A stretch of 64,000 bases of DNA from positions 62,001 through 126,000 of the forward strand of contig RBZT01000348.1 of NCBI GenBank assembly GCA_003693705.1, read 5' to 3'. Origin of the DNA: Polymyxa betae A26-41 (taxonomy: Eukaryota > Protista > Endomyxa: Phytomyxea). The notes below the pieces were generated by a model that did not search any database, was not told the origin of the DNA, and worked only from the letters and a program-made list of their open reading frames with translations. Shown piece after piece: positions 14,440 to 25,319 of the stretch. Made by a program: the position numbers and the translations under genes. The stretch's first letter is position 1; each line of letters opens with the position of its first letter.

Positions 14440-17296
14440 ATGACTGTTGACAAATTCGAGCTACATGAACAATTTGGGAAAGCACTTGGCTATGTCAAAC
14501 AGGGAATGCAATTGCTGTGTTACGAGGACCTCCAACGCCTACAAACATTCGCTTGCATTGAAGCTAACCTAGCGTCCTGGCAGCAGCGTTATTTTGAATT
14601 ACAAGATGAAAACGAGGTGAAGATTTGTAGTTCACTTAATTTCGCTGAGCTTACCTTGCACAGAGACTACATAATAGTCTTTTAGCTAAAGATGAGTTGC
14701 TACAATTTATCATGCAAGATGTCTCCATTACAAAGGAACTCCAAAATCGGCTGAACTGCCAAGAATCCGTTATAAATAGAATGACAGAAGAAAACGAAGT
14801 TTTCAGGCAATACATTATCGAGCTTGAATCCGCCAAGTATGCTCACTACTTTGCATGACAATTGCGATTTAGTTTGTGATACAGGGCTCGCCAGGATGCT
14901 GCCATGAAGAAGATGGAACGCGAAAATGACAGCTTACAACAATTGATTGTGGAGATTCAGTCGGATATGTTAGTTTTCAGCATTCTGAATCGTTGAAATT
15001 TGAATGCTGATGTAGGACTTGTTCTGATTTGATCACGAAAGCTGCAGACGATGCCAAAATAATTACAAATTTGGAATTGGAAATTCATCAGTGGAGAACT
15101 CTCTATCAAGAGCGTGTAGTTGCCAGTTCGATCCAGCACCAAACCGACTCCGATAAGGTCACTGTCTGCCACTTGCGAATGCTTTTGAATGTCGAAACAC
15201 TTTGTAGGTTTTACAACTCGTCATTGGCCAATCCATTGAAAGGTAGGCAAATTCAACTTCAAAGTGTCTATTGCAGTGTTGAGTTGAAAAAGGGAGGAGA
15301 TCGACGGATCGAATCGTGGCATCACTCCTTCACTGGCCGATATAGAAACTGTTTCCGAAGTGAACCAGCGAATTGAACATCTTCGCAATGAGATCGACGA
15401 TCTCAGGGCGGAATGCGAATCTCTCAGTGTTCAAAATTCATCTCTTCAAGACGAATTTAAATCGAAGGCAGAACAACTTTCCAATCTGCAGCCATTTGAA
15501 CGATTTGATAACGTTTCATGCATACAAAAAAATCTCCAGAAAGTTGCTGGTGATCTCGACTCTGCGAATCTTCTTCTACATGAAGCAAAGCAGCTGCAGG
15601 CAACCCTGCAGTCAGCCAACGATGATCTTCGAAACGAACTGGAAATACAAAAATACCGGAACGACGCCTTGGACGAAGTCTCCCGAGAATTAGCCGCCAA
15701 AGTCCAATCAGGAACTGTTGTGGATTTACACAAATTCCAACAACTGGAACAGGAGAAGCAAGGACTGCAGACGCAGCTATCCGACGCTAATTCAAAGAGA
15801 GATTTGGCTTTGCAAGTATGAAATTTACGTGCGCTTACCTTTCAATAAGTTAATCATTGTGATAGAGGTTGGAAGAAAGTGAAGCCCGTGTACAACGACT
15901 GGAGACGAAATGTCAAAATCTGCAGGAGTCACTTGACAACGATGATCAGATCCGATTGAGGTACAGAGAACTTTTCAAAGAGCTGGAGGAATCGCTTTCT
16001 TCAAATAAGAGGCTCAAAGACTCTAATCAAGATGTATGCAGAGTTCCATTCATATACTGAATGCCTGAACATATTGTATTATAGTTTGAAGATCGTTTGA
16101 AGAAGCTGAAGGTAGAACTAGAAGCAGCAAATACCGAATGCGACAAAGCTAAACAAGAACTGCAAGATGTTGTGGAGAACTATAGATTGTTTAAAGAACG
16201 TGCAGATGAGGACAACAGAGAGAAAATCCAAAAGCTTGAAAATCTGCAGCTGGCGTTTGAGAAGAAATCACAGCTGGTCGAAGATCTTCGAACTCAGCTC
16301 TCTGATGAAACAGCTCGTGTCGCTCAGGCGAGAGAACATAACGATTCGCTTGAAGGTACTTCCATATTTTGAGGCTATGACAACTGTTCGACAATGGTTG
16401 TTTAGAGAAACGTATGTCCACAAACACTGCCCTTGACAACCTCAAAGCGGAATTTGACGACATCCAGTCCAAATTCGTACGTTTGCGTTTAGAAAACGAA
16501 AATCTTTCCTCCCAATTAGAAAGCATTGAGGGTATTGCTGTGTCATCCCTGACATTAATCATCTAATGTCGTCCGTCAGTTGCCAAGAATACCGCCTTGG
16601 ACATCGTATCATCGACAAGATCGCAGCTCATGGAGACAGAGTCTCGTGAGAATGCTTTGAAAGATGCCAATCGTGAAGGTGCTTTCAAATGAATACTTTT
16701 GGTTCTCACATCTTTCCACAGAATCGTTGCAAGCTGATCTAGCTGACATGACAGAAGAAATGAATCTCGCTGTTCAAGAAAGGCAGACGTTGGAGTCAGA
16801 ACTATCCTCAAAGTAATAATCTGATTGTATTTTAATCGCTCTTACATGACTCTTTCAAGGAACGTGCAATGTACGAATTTCGAGAAAGAACTCGAAAAGA
16901 GCGCTGAGCAGATCAGGGTCATGAGGCAGCAAATTGATTCGTTGAAAGAGAGCTTTAACAGTGCGAATTTGAGGCATGTAGAGGATGCTGAGCGAATCGA
17001 AACCCTGCAGACAGAAAACAAACAGGTCAAAATGCGTCTTGATAAATTAGAGGCAAGCAATGCAGACATCGACCTCATTTCACTTATTTCTTACATAGGA
17101 TATGAACAAGATGTTACGACAAGATCTTCCAGCTTCTCAATCAGACGATAGCGCGATCGAGCGGGAGAAAACGAAGACGAAAGCGTTGTCTAAGCAAGTC
17201 ACCATTCTGAAGAAGAAATCCAAGGATCTCGAGAAGGATTGCCAGAGGTGGAAAGCTCTGTATGAAAAGGAAATTGTCGGAAAAACACTGCAATAA
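14440..17296 (+). CDS. Long coiled-coil protein of unknown function, multi-exon
   Basis: Successive E/K/Q/L-rich heptad exons (15360-15821, 15869-16060, 16097-16372, 16825-17151, 17102-17296) separated by short GT-AG introns. No catalytic motif seen. Confidence 0.7.
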
Positions 17297-17964
17297 CGTT
17301 ATAGCAACAAATTAAAAAGCTCCTTCTGATCATAGAGCACCGCCTATTTGGGTTTCCGTCATGAGTTAGTGTTCTCTGGAAAGCAACTTTTGCACTTTGC
17401 CCATTTCGACGGCAGTTCGGCAGTGAGTTGGTGGTTAACTGCATTATCGAATCTGGAATACCGTCGGAACCAAAGTCTGGTCACTGAATTCAAGTCCTCC
17501 GTTTCACAGAATGGACAGTTCAATTTCAAACTGTCCTGGCCATGTTGCTTTGCTGTCTTGATAATCGGGCTCGTCGCGCAAGAGTGCCGAAAGATCGCTC
17601 AACTACAAAGCTTTGGTTTCTAGGGACATTTCGATCTCACGAATATGCAAACGATGGCTCTATCCGATTCAAGAATAATGTCCCAATCAGGAAAACAATA
17701 TTTCCCACATTTGTATGTATTTATGGATATTTAATAGAACGGGGATCCTGTTCTCTGAAACAAAGCAGCTCCCTGTCCTGGTTAAAGCCACACTAACGAC
17801 GGGACCCAAAAGTAGTTTCACGAGTCTGGCTGTTGAACAGCGAGTCTGGGAAGAATCTCCCGAATGTCGGGATCGTCATAGGATACCCCTTTCCGCGCCC
17901 TCGTGTTACTTCATAATTATACCGATCAGGTTCATACCGCTGCCTGGCGTAGTTCAAAATTACC

Positions 17965-19882
17965 ATGAAGGTGTCTTGGTTGATTGTTGCTTCGGCGCTC
18001 GTGCTTTCCTCGTTGGCTCTGAAGCTTGAGGATATCGCGCAAGGTGAAGATGATGGCACCATGACCAGCGTAACGGTCGTCAGCCCTGGTGTCTGGCGAG
18101 TCGTTGCCCCCAATCACGATTCCTATATGCGATACACATTATCTTCTGGATGCTATAATCTCAACTCATTCCGCTACATGAAGCTGAAAGCCATGGCGGC
18201 CCCAGGATCCGAATTCACTATCGAATTGCGACAAGGTTAGCATTACGACCACCACAGCTGGTCCGACATCAACTGCTTGTAGGCTTTGACGACTGCCGCC
18301 TGGACCTTTGGCCGTATGTTCGAGACTCAACCGGAGCTTTGATCAGCCATTACACAGCGAAAGGAACGTTTGATGGAACACTCCAGGACGTCTGGATTCC
18401 AATGTCGCATTTCACTGTCGATCGCACCAAAATCGCCCAGGTAATGAGAATATAACGTTTGCACATAACAGCAAACCCTTAAACGCTTTAGGTGTTCATC
18501 TCTAGTATGGTCGTGGTTGGGTCGCCAGAGATTACCACGGTTCAGTACGGCAACGTTGAGTTCACGAATGACGATCCAACGATGTCGGTTGCACCAATTA
18601 TGCCTCAGAACCCGACGACGTGGAACTGTGAAAAGCCATACACGTTTGCAATCACATTCGACAACCAGAAGAGCGGAAACTGTCAGTTTGTCCTATCATT
18701 GCATTCCTTTTGCTAAAAACTTTTTAGTGGACCAAATCCTGGATACACTTCAAACACATGATGCAAAGTGCACAATTTTCCAAGTAAGAGATTACCGAAA
18801 TGATATCGTTTGATTTAGCTATTCGGTAGATTGCAGGGGATTTGGTAGAAGACGACACTGCTATGAAGCGATTGATTCGTGAGGGTCATCAAGTCGCTCA
18901 TCACACCTGGACGCACCCAGTACGAATGACGTCACAATTCAGCGAAATCGCTCTAAAGTATGCTTAGGGCATGACCGAACTAACGGAAGAGCAAATTCGA
19001 AGAGAAATGGTCCTAACTGACGAGGCTTTGAAAGCGCGCTTAGGGGTCAGCACGAAATGGTTCAGGCCGCCCTTTGGTCAACAGGATCCTCGAGTTCGTA
19101 AGATCCTCTACGATATGGGATATGTTTCTGTCATTTGGAACATCGATTCGACCGGTATGAGAATCTGTGTGCTGCAGATATTGGTCTGATATCCTCATCT
19201 GTTGGAACAGATTACTTCAACCAAGACAATGGGCCACTTATCTGGTCTCGAATTCAGGCGCGTTTAGACAAGATGGATCCAGCTCGAACTGGAGGTGTAT
19301 TGCTTCTCCATAACGACGTGAAACCATCTGCCGATCTAGTGCGTCTCAGCACCAAAAACCGCATTTTGCAGCTGACAAAGTAATCAGGTTGAAAGGGTCA
19401 TTCTCTATGCAAAAAGCAGGGGATTCCGGGACTTCGTCACAATGGAGGAATGTATGGCTGGGAAATTCGACTCCTTCCTTGGAGTGAACTCAGCAACCTC
19501 TGGTGCTGGCCGAACACCTGCAAATGAGAGCCCAGCGAGTGAAGCTCCCATTGCTACTACTTCCTCACCATCAACTTCTGTTGGTGCTGGTTTTGATCAA
19601 CCAGGCGACGAAGGTAATGATCAACAGAACCAGTCTGGTGGAGGATCTGCTGCCAACCCCCAAACTGGCGGTGCTGGTGCTGGATCCATTGCAGAGCCTG
19701 CTCAAGGAGGCAACACTGTCATTACCGCTCCTAACCAGACCCCAAGCGGTGGCGCCCTGGTCAACCCTACCTCTCCGGAATCTGACCGTGATGACGACGA
19801 CTACAACGGTGCACTGGCCATGAGCATCTGGGTATCCATCTTTACTGTCATATTAATGACCATAGCTCGATACATAATGTAA
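17965..19882 (+). CDS. Secreted, probably GPI-anchored polysaccharide (chitin) deacetylase-like protein, CE4/NodB domain, copy 1 (7 introns)
   Basis: Signal peptide MKVSWLIVASALVLSSLA. CE4 motifs FAITFDNQ, HQVAHHTWTHP, WFRPPFG, WNIDSTDY, GGVLLLHND. Ser/Thr/Gly/Pro-rich stalk and hydrophobic C-terminus. Confidence 0.88.
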
Positions 19883-20677
19883 CGTAACGACGGCTATCAC
19901 GTCACCTACCGTAGCTTAAATATACAGTAATACCAACTTTAAACAGTCCTCAGTTATCATCTGCACAATCATATTAGCTTGATTTCAGAAAATTATCAGC
20001 CATACAGTGGTTAGCAACAAACTTACTACAAAGTCGTAAGCAGAGTCGGTAATAACAACTAAGACCATCAAAATGTATTAAAGATGATAGAGAGAGAGAG
20101 AAATGTTTATTGAGACAGCAGATCTCAAGTGGGGTCATAGATCGGGAAAATTTCTTTCGGAATGTCAAACAATTTAAACAGCAAACGAATCCGGCAACGG
20201 AATGTCATAATTTTCGTGCATGTACTTGAGCCAAGCCAGCTCAAGTGGGCCAAAGGCGATCTTGGACGTAAGCAGGACACCCAGGTTTAGGAGACGTCGC
20301 AGCTCCTCGTTGTCAGCTTTTCCAAGGCCGCACTCGATGTATAGCATTAGAAAAGAGGTGAAAATAGACTCGTCGTTGTCGCTCTTGATTGAAGCCAGAA
20401 TGACGCATCCGTCAACGAAGTTGACAACTTCTGAATTGGTTCTGGGTGAACTGAAAACGGTCAGAGCTACACTTTGTTGAAAGAAATTTCACGAAAACTT
20501 TCGAAAAAGTGAATTATCACGCCAAAACATTGAACAAAGATCGCCTTAACTGAAAATACGTACAAATCTTCCGTCTAGAATACTTGAAAGAAAAAAACTT
20601 TTCTGCTAAAAGAAAATAAAAAAACCTTCGGTCCCGAGTCCCGACTGTGTCTTCAGATCGACTCAAGACCCACGGTG

Positions 20678-20717
20678 TTTTATCCGCAGATAAACACGAT
20701 TTTATCCGCAGATAAAA
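20678..20717. repeat. Two copies of palindromic TTTTATC-CGCA-GATAAA(A) upstream of the Crypton ORF
   Basis: 17-bp direct repeat at 20678-20694 and 20700-20716, each with inverted arms around a 4-bp spacer. Confidence 0.85.
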
Positions 20718-20805
20718 CGCCTTCGGTCTCGATTGCGAGAGTTTTTATGCGTTTCTTGGCGTCTCTATATGACTATAAATCTTGTTGCCGCTCATTGTGG
20801 TCGTC

Positions 20806-23111
20806 ATGGATCCTATCATTTCGGCTGCGAAAGAAGCTGAACAAATTCAGGCTATAGTTGAGAGTCTGTCCGCTCGTAAGCTCTGCCAATGCCATATAGG
20901 TGGTTGCCTATTAAGAATTTGTTGCAGAGCGAAATTCTGGCACGCTGAAAACGTACAAAGGGGTTCAAAAAGAGTTTTTCAGCTGGTGTGAAGATAGATA
21001 TGAAAATGAGATGAGCTCTCTCATTGTCACTGAATCAAAGCTGCTGCTCTTTCTTCAAGAACGAGTGGTGGGTAGAGAATCAAGAAAACGAAGACGTGGC
21101 TGTGACTCACACGTCATTGGAGTGAAATCGATTCTGAATGCTGTCAGCGCAATTGTTAATTTATGGAAACGACAGAGCTTCTTAAACGTAATGCGATTTC
21201 TTTTCACAGCAATAGAGCTAATCTTACGGTTAGATGAATGCCAATCCTAATCATCGTGGCTGTTTGGTGAAAGAATATATAAAAAGCTTATCGTCTCAAG
21301 AAAACAGACGAAAGAGAGCTAATTATCATGACCGAGGAATCGGAACTTTCGCTGATGGATATTTGAACCTCGAAGAGCTGTCCATGATTTGCAACGAATT
21401 CTTTAAAAGTGGATACACTGTGGGAATCAGGGACAGATGTGCTTTCTTGTTAGCACATTATCCATGATCAGAGGTGAGAGCATCAGAAACCTAGAGTTCG
21501 CAGACCTCCTGTGCGTCAATTTGCCAAATGAAGGCCCTGATTGCTGTACTGCTTTAATGCTAATGATGCTGCAAGGTATATTTTCGGAATGACCAGCAAA
21601 ACGTTTCGTTCAATGAATTTTTAGGAAAGGTTAACCAGATCGGACGCAGAAAGTATGCTGCGATGATCCGAGCAAAGGACGTGGCGGTCTGCGGGATTGG
21701 TTCGTTGGCGCTGTATTTCTTCTTCAGATTCCATCATTCAAATGAATCATTTCCGTCGTTGCAGACAAGTAGTGATTGGTTTGAAGTGAAGGTTAACAAC
21801 AATCTCTTTTCTGACTCATTGTTAATGTTGGCACTAATTTATTATCACGTTATAGGTGATCAGAGGTGGGAACCAACAAACCGATCCATTGTCAGCAACG
21901 CAACATCGAAATGGAATAAAAGAAGTCTACAAGCGTTTAAATCTGAATTACAAGGCAATCAGTCATGTTACTCGAGGGTCATCAGCCAGAATGGCCGAAT
22001 TTTCGGGAGCTGACGACAATCAGATCCGGCGTCAAGGACGTTGGAACAATCAAGCAATGGAGAATTGCTATTTAACAACCATTCCTCGGGAGGCTGTTAG
22101 AGGACTGGCTGGATTCGATCCGAAAAGGCCATGCTTTTCGCTGTTACGCGGCTCTGTTATGCCCTCAGACCGATTGCTTTCTCTTGTGTTTCCTTGGATT
22201 GACGAGTGGATCGCTAAGCGTGACGCTGGTGTTCTAGAGCTCACTATCTGCGTCGACAGTTTTCTAAAAACTATGAAAATTCTGCGAGCTGTCTTTCTTC
22301 AAGATGCTGTTTGTTTAAAAGAGCAATTTCCTGATCTTTTCATTTGGGATAATGCTTTGTTCACTACGGCTGAGTTTACTGATTTCGAAAAACAACTGAA
22401 GCGTTGTATGGCAGAATGCTCAAGACCCGAATAAAACAGGATTAGAGAGGGTCTACCTGATTTGAGCGCGAAAATATCTGAAGAGTTCACATCCCTTCGT
22501 TCCTCTGTATCCGCAAATTTAGCTGTCCTTGAAAGGACCCAGAAAAACGTGGAGTGTTTAACGACGACATTAGAAGACGTGTTTTCTGGAAAAGCGAGTG
22601 TGTCCCTCAACGTTAATATGAATGGACGTCGGCCAGAGCCAACAGTGGCACAATTATGCAATTGTACATCCCAATCCATACAAATCCCTGATGCCCCGAA
22701 CAGTCAGAGCTCACGACAGGAAGTTGCATGTGTTGTTTCATCGAACAACTCTCAGGAAGGACCTGCAACGATTCACATCTCGGGAAATCGGCAATCGATC
22801 GCCCATCCTCCTATATATAAGATGAGTCGAGCTATTTCAACAGTTTTTGACCTATGGAGAGAATGGTCGGCTGGAATCGGCGGTTGTCCTTCCGTGAAAT
22901 CCTTAGAAAACGCTTGGAGCTCTAAATGGCGATTGTCCCCAACAGAAAGCCGGTTTTTCAATCGCAGAAAATAATCATTGATTGTGTTTACCGGCTGATC
23001 AATACCGAAGGAAAGACAGCAAACGAAGCTGTTCGGTTATTGGATAATAGAATTCAAGCATCGAAAAAATCCTTGGATTGGTTCCAAAAACAGATAAAGC
23101 TGAACCAATAA
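20806..23111 (+). pseudogene. Crypton tyrosine recombinase with C-terminal GCR1_C DNA-binding domain, intron-containing and disabled
   Basis: MIRGESIRNLEFADL, GKVNQIGRRKYAAMIRAKDVAVCGIGSLALYFFFRFH, SHVTRGSSARMAE..IRRQGRWNNQAMENCYLTTIPREAVRGLAGF (R, H..R, W, Y catalytic set), and YKMSRAISTVFDLWREW..PSVKSLENAWSSKWR..ESRFFNRRK. Lesions: frameshift near 21463, in-frame TAA 22432-22434, frameshift near 22970. Confidence 0.9.
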
Positions 23112-25005
23112 ATACTTAACTTCCAGTCTAAGTTCCTCTCATATCCGGTGCAACAGTACAAATTACTTTAGGTAATTAATCTAACGATTCAGCGCATGCA
23201 AAATCCATCAACAAGGAAGATCGTGAATTCAGAATCGTGTGCAAAAGCGGTTGTCGGCTATGTACGCAAACAAACAAAACGGGACCGTCCGTCCTAACTA
23301 AAAAGAAGATGAATAAAATGTGCGTCTGAAAAAAGCCCGGGACCCGGTCTCAGACCCCATACTAGAGCTCGTCTTTATCTGTTAAATAAAAAACACCTTG
23401 GCCCACGGATGGCACCTCCGCTAAAGTAATAGTAAGAACTGTAGGATCGGTTGGTAGTCAATGTCACCGGAGTCGTACAGCGATTTCAACAGCAGCGCCC
23501 ATAAAAGGTAGTCGCAACGATCCTGACCTTCGAAGTTCTTGAACAGTACCTTTCCCCAGGTCTTGAGCGGCTCGGTTTCCGACTTGAGACTCATTTGGTT
23601 CTGGACCTGTCTCTGCAACAGTTCGCGGACCAGCACGACCAGTTCGTCGGCTGCGTCCGGAGAGACATCGCTGAACCTGTGCTAGGATTTTAGATTTTTT
23701 GAATGAAGGCTGTTTGGAAGTGATTACCGCCCGTCCATAATGAGCAGTACGTCTGCGTCACTGAGATCGGCCGCTTTCTTGTTTATCTCGCTGTAGAACT
23801 CGTACAGCAAGTTCTGGGCTTTCGCCAATTTAATACGGAAGCTGGCCGCCCAGTTGTCGGCATCTTGGCCCAGCGCTGTCTGCTCGATAGGCTCGACTTG
23901 ATTCGTGGAGATTGCCTTCACGGCGCTGAACGACGATCGGCGCACATTGATGGATTTGGGCGCAAACAGTCGTGCATCGCTGAGAGCTGAATGAGAGAAC
24001 AAGGGAGCAACACCCGTAGTAGCTGGCGTCGTCAGAGTCACAGCATGAGCGCAGTTGACTACGAATAAAACGGCTGCGAGCAGATAGACGGGATGCATCA
24101 TGGACTAGTACGATAATAGAACGATGCAAGTGAGAGGAACCCACCAGGGATAGTTGTTGAGTTCGCAACACTGACAACAGAATGAAGAATGTACGGGTCT
24201 GAAGCGAGCTCAAATACCGGTTCGGGTTTAATGATTATCTGCCCTAATAGGTAGCTGGGATGTTCGTACATGCGACTGAAGGATAGCCTTGGTCGACTTG
24301 CGGCGTTTTCTTCGACATTGTAGAGGTATTCGGGGTCCTAAATATGGACCATTTGTGCGTATTCACTCGCAGCAGTTATTGCACATCTAGAATAGATACA
24401 AAATTCAAGCATTACACTTCATGAAGTTCTTCAGGCAGTTCTTGGGGGTTATCCCGAAACGTGCTTAACAAATTTTTGATGAGCTCCGATTTGTCGTCGT
24501 TAACGTCAGTTTGCTCACAATTTGTTCAAAGCAGGTGAATGTGCATGATTCTCGTACTTCCTAAGGTCTCTTACAATGCCAGAAATTGTCAAAGCGGCAG
24601 AGCTGATAACCCAATCTTTCAGAAACCAGCTCTGCCATTCTAGTTTTTTCTCTGTAATGTAATGTTATCATTGTATACTCGGCAAATCAGCTGTTAATCG
24701 GTTATCCCGAACGACTATCTTTCTCGAAGGAGTAGGAACCATGAGATCAAAGGGATCTCAGCGCCAGACGCAATGCTAACCCTCAGAAAATCAAGTTTGT
24801 ATTTTAAGGATCGAGATGAGAATCAAAGAGCCCCATTAGAATCTCTGCTGACAGACATGGGCCGCGCCGCCATGTCATTGATGTCGTTGTAGAGAATCCA
24901 TCGTACAAAGTAACATTATCGGTCTTTTATGGAGCTGTCGTTATAAGGGGTGTCGTTATAGAGAGGGAGGAAAGTGATTGCGGTTACGTTACTAACGATG
25001 TTATT

Positions 25006-25149
25006 GAAGTAGAAGACGACTGCCATCTTCATTCTACAAGCATAGTGATAAAGTAGCTGTCTGGACGATTAGGCTGAGTAGAAGAGAAGGTCACCTTCAT
25101 TCTGCAAGCATAGTGTTATAGAAGCTGTCTGGACTACTAAGCTGACTTA
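25006..25149. repeat. Imperfect tandem duplication, period about 68 bp, upstream of deacetylase copy 2
   Basis: CTTCATTCTACAAGCATAGTGATAAAGTAGCTGTCTGGACGATTAGGCTGA (from 25027) versus CTTCATTCTGCAAGCATAGTGTTATAGAAGCTGTCTGGACTACTAAGCTGA (from 25095). Confidence 0.8.
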
Positions 25150-25319
25150 AAGCATCAATGAATGAGAGCATTGCGGGAAGATGATTGTTATTGATGTGAC
25201 TGCAAAGTTTATACCCAGAAAAGGCACGCGCCATTGAAAGTGATAACGGTGCACGCCTTGAATGTTGCATCACAACAAAATCCTTCAGGATCAACAATAG
25301 CTGATTGGCTTTGATAGTC

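Larger units (their letters stand above)
20469..23400 (+). mobile_element. Crypton (CryptonF-like) tyrosine-recombinase DNA transposon, degenerate
   Basis: Encodes an NDC10/Crypton-type recombinase plus GCR1_C domain. Bounded by an imperfect 8-bp direct repeat, ACACTTTG (20469-20476) and ACACCTTG (23393-23400). Alternative ends are CCCACGG at 20669-20675 and 23402-23408. Confidence 0.85.
20174..24101 (-). pseudogene. Secreted protein gene (candidate effector, about 300 aa if intact), interrupted by a Crypton in intron 2 and carrying a premature TAG
   Basis: Exon 1 has signal peptide MMHPVYLLAAVLFVVNCAHA. Exon 2 (about 23676-23416) has TAG at 23423-23421 just before a phase-2 donor AG|GTGCC at 23415. 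Orphan exon 3 (20450-20174) follows CTGACCGTTTTCAG and continues the same frame (SSPRTNSEVVNFVDGCVILAS...PLPDSFAV*). May still make a truncated product of about 210 aa. Confidence 0.6.

Noticed and set aside
20220-20480. 86-aa plus-strand ORF before the Crypton
   Set aside because: Antisense shadow of the minus-strand orphan exon 20450-20174, which has a proper splice acceptor.
21400-23423. In-frame stops as a sign of an alternative genetic code
   Set aside because: TAA, TAG and TGA all end conserved genes normally elsewhere in the window; the internal stops are confined to the decayed element and its host gene.
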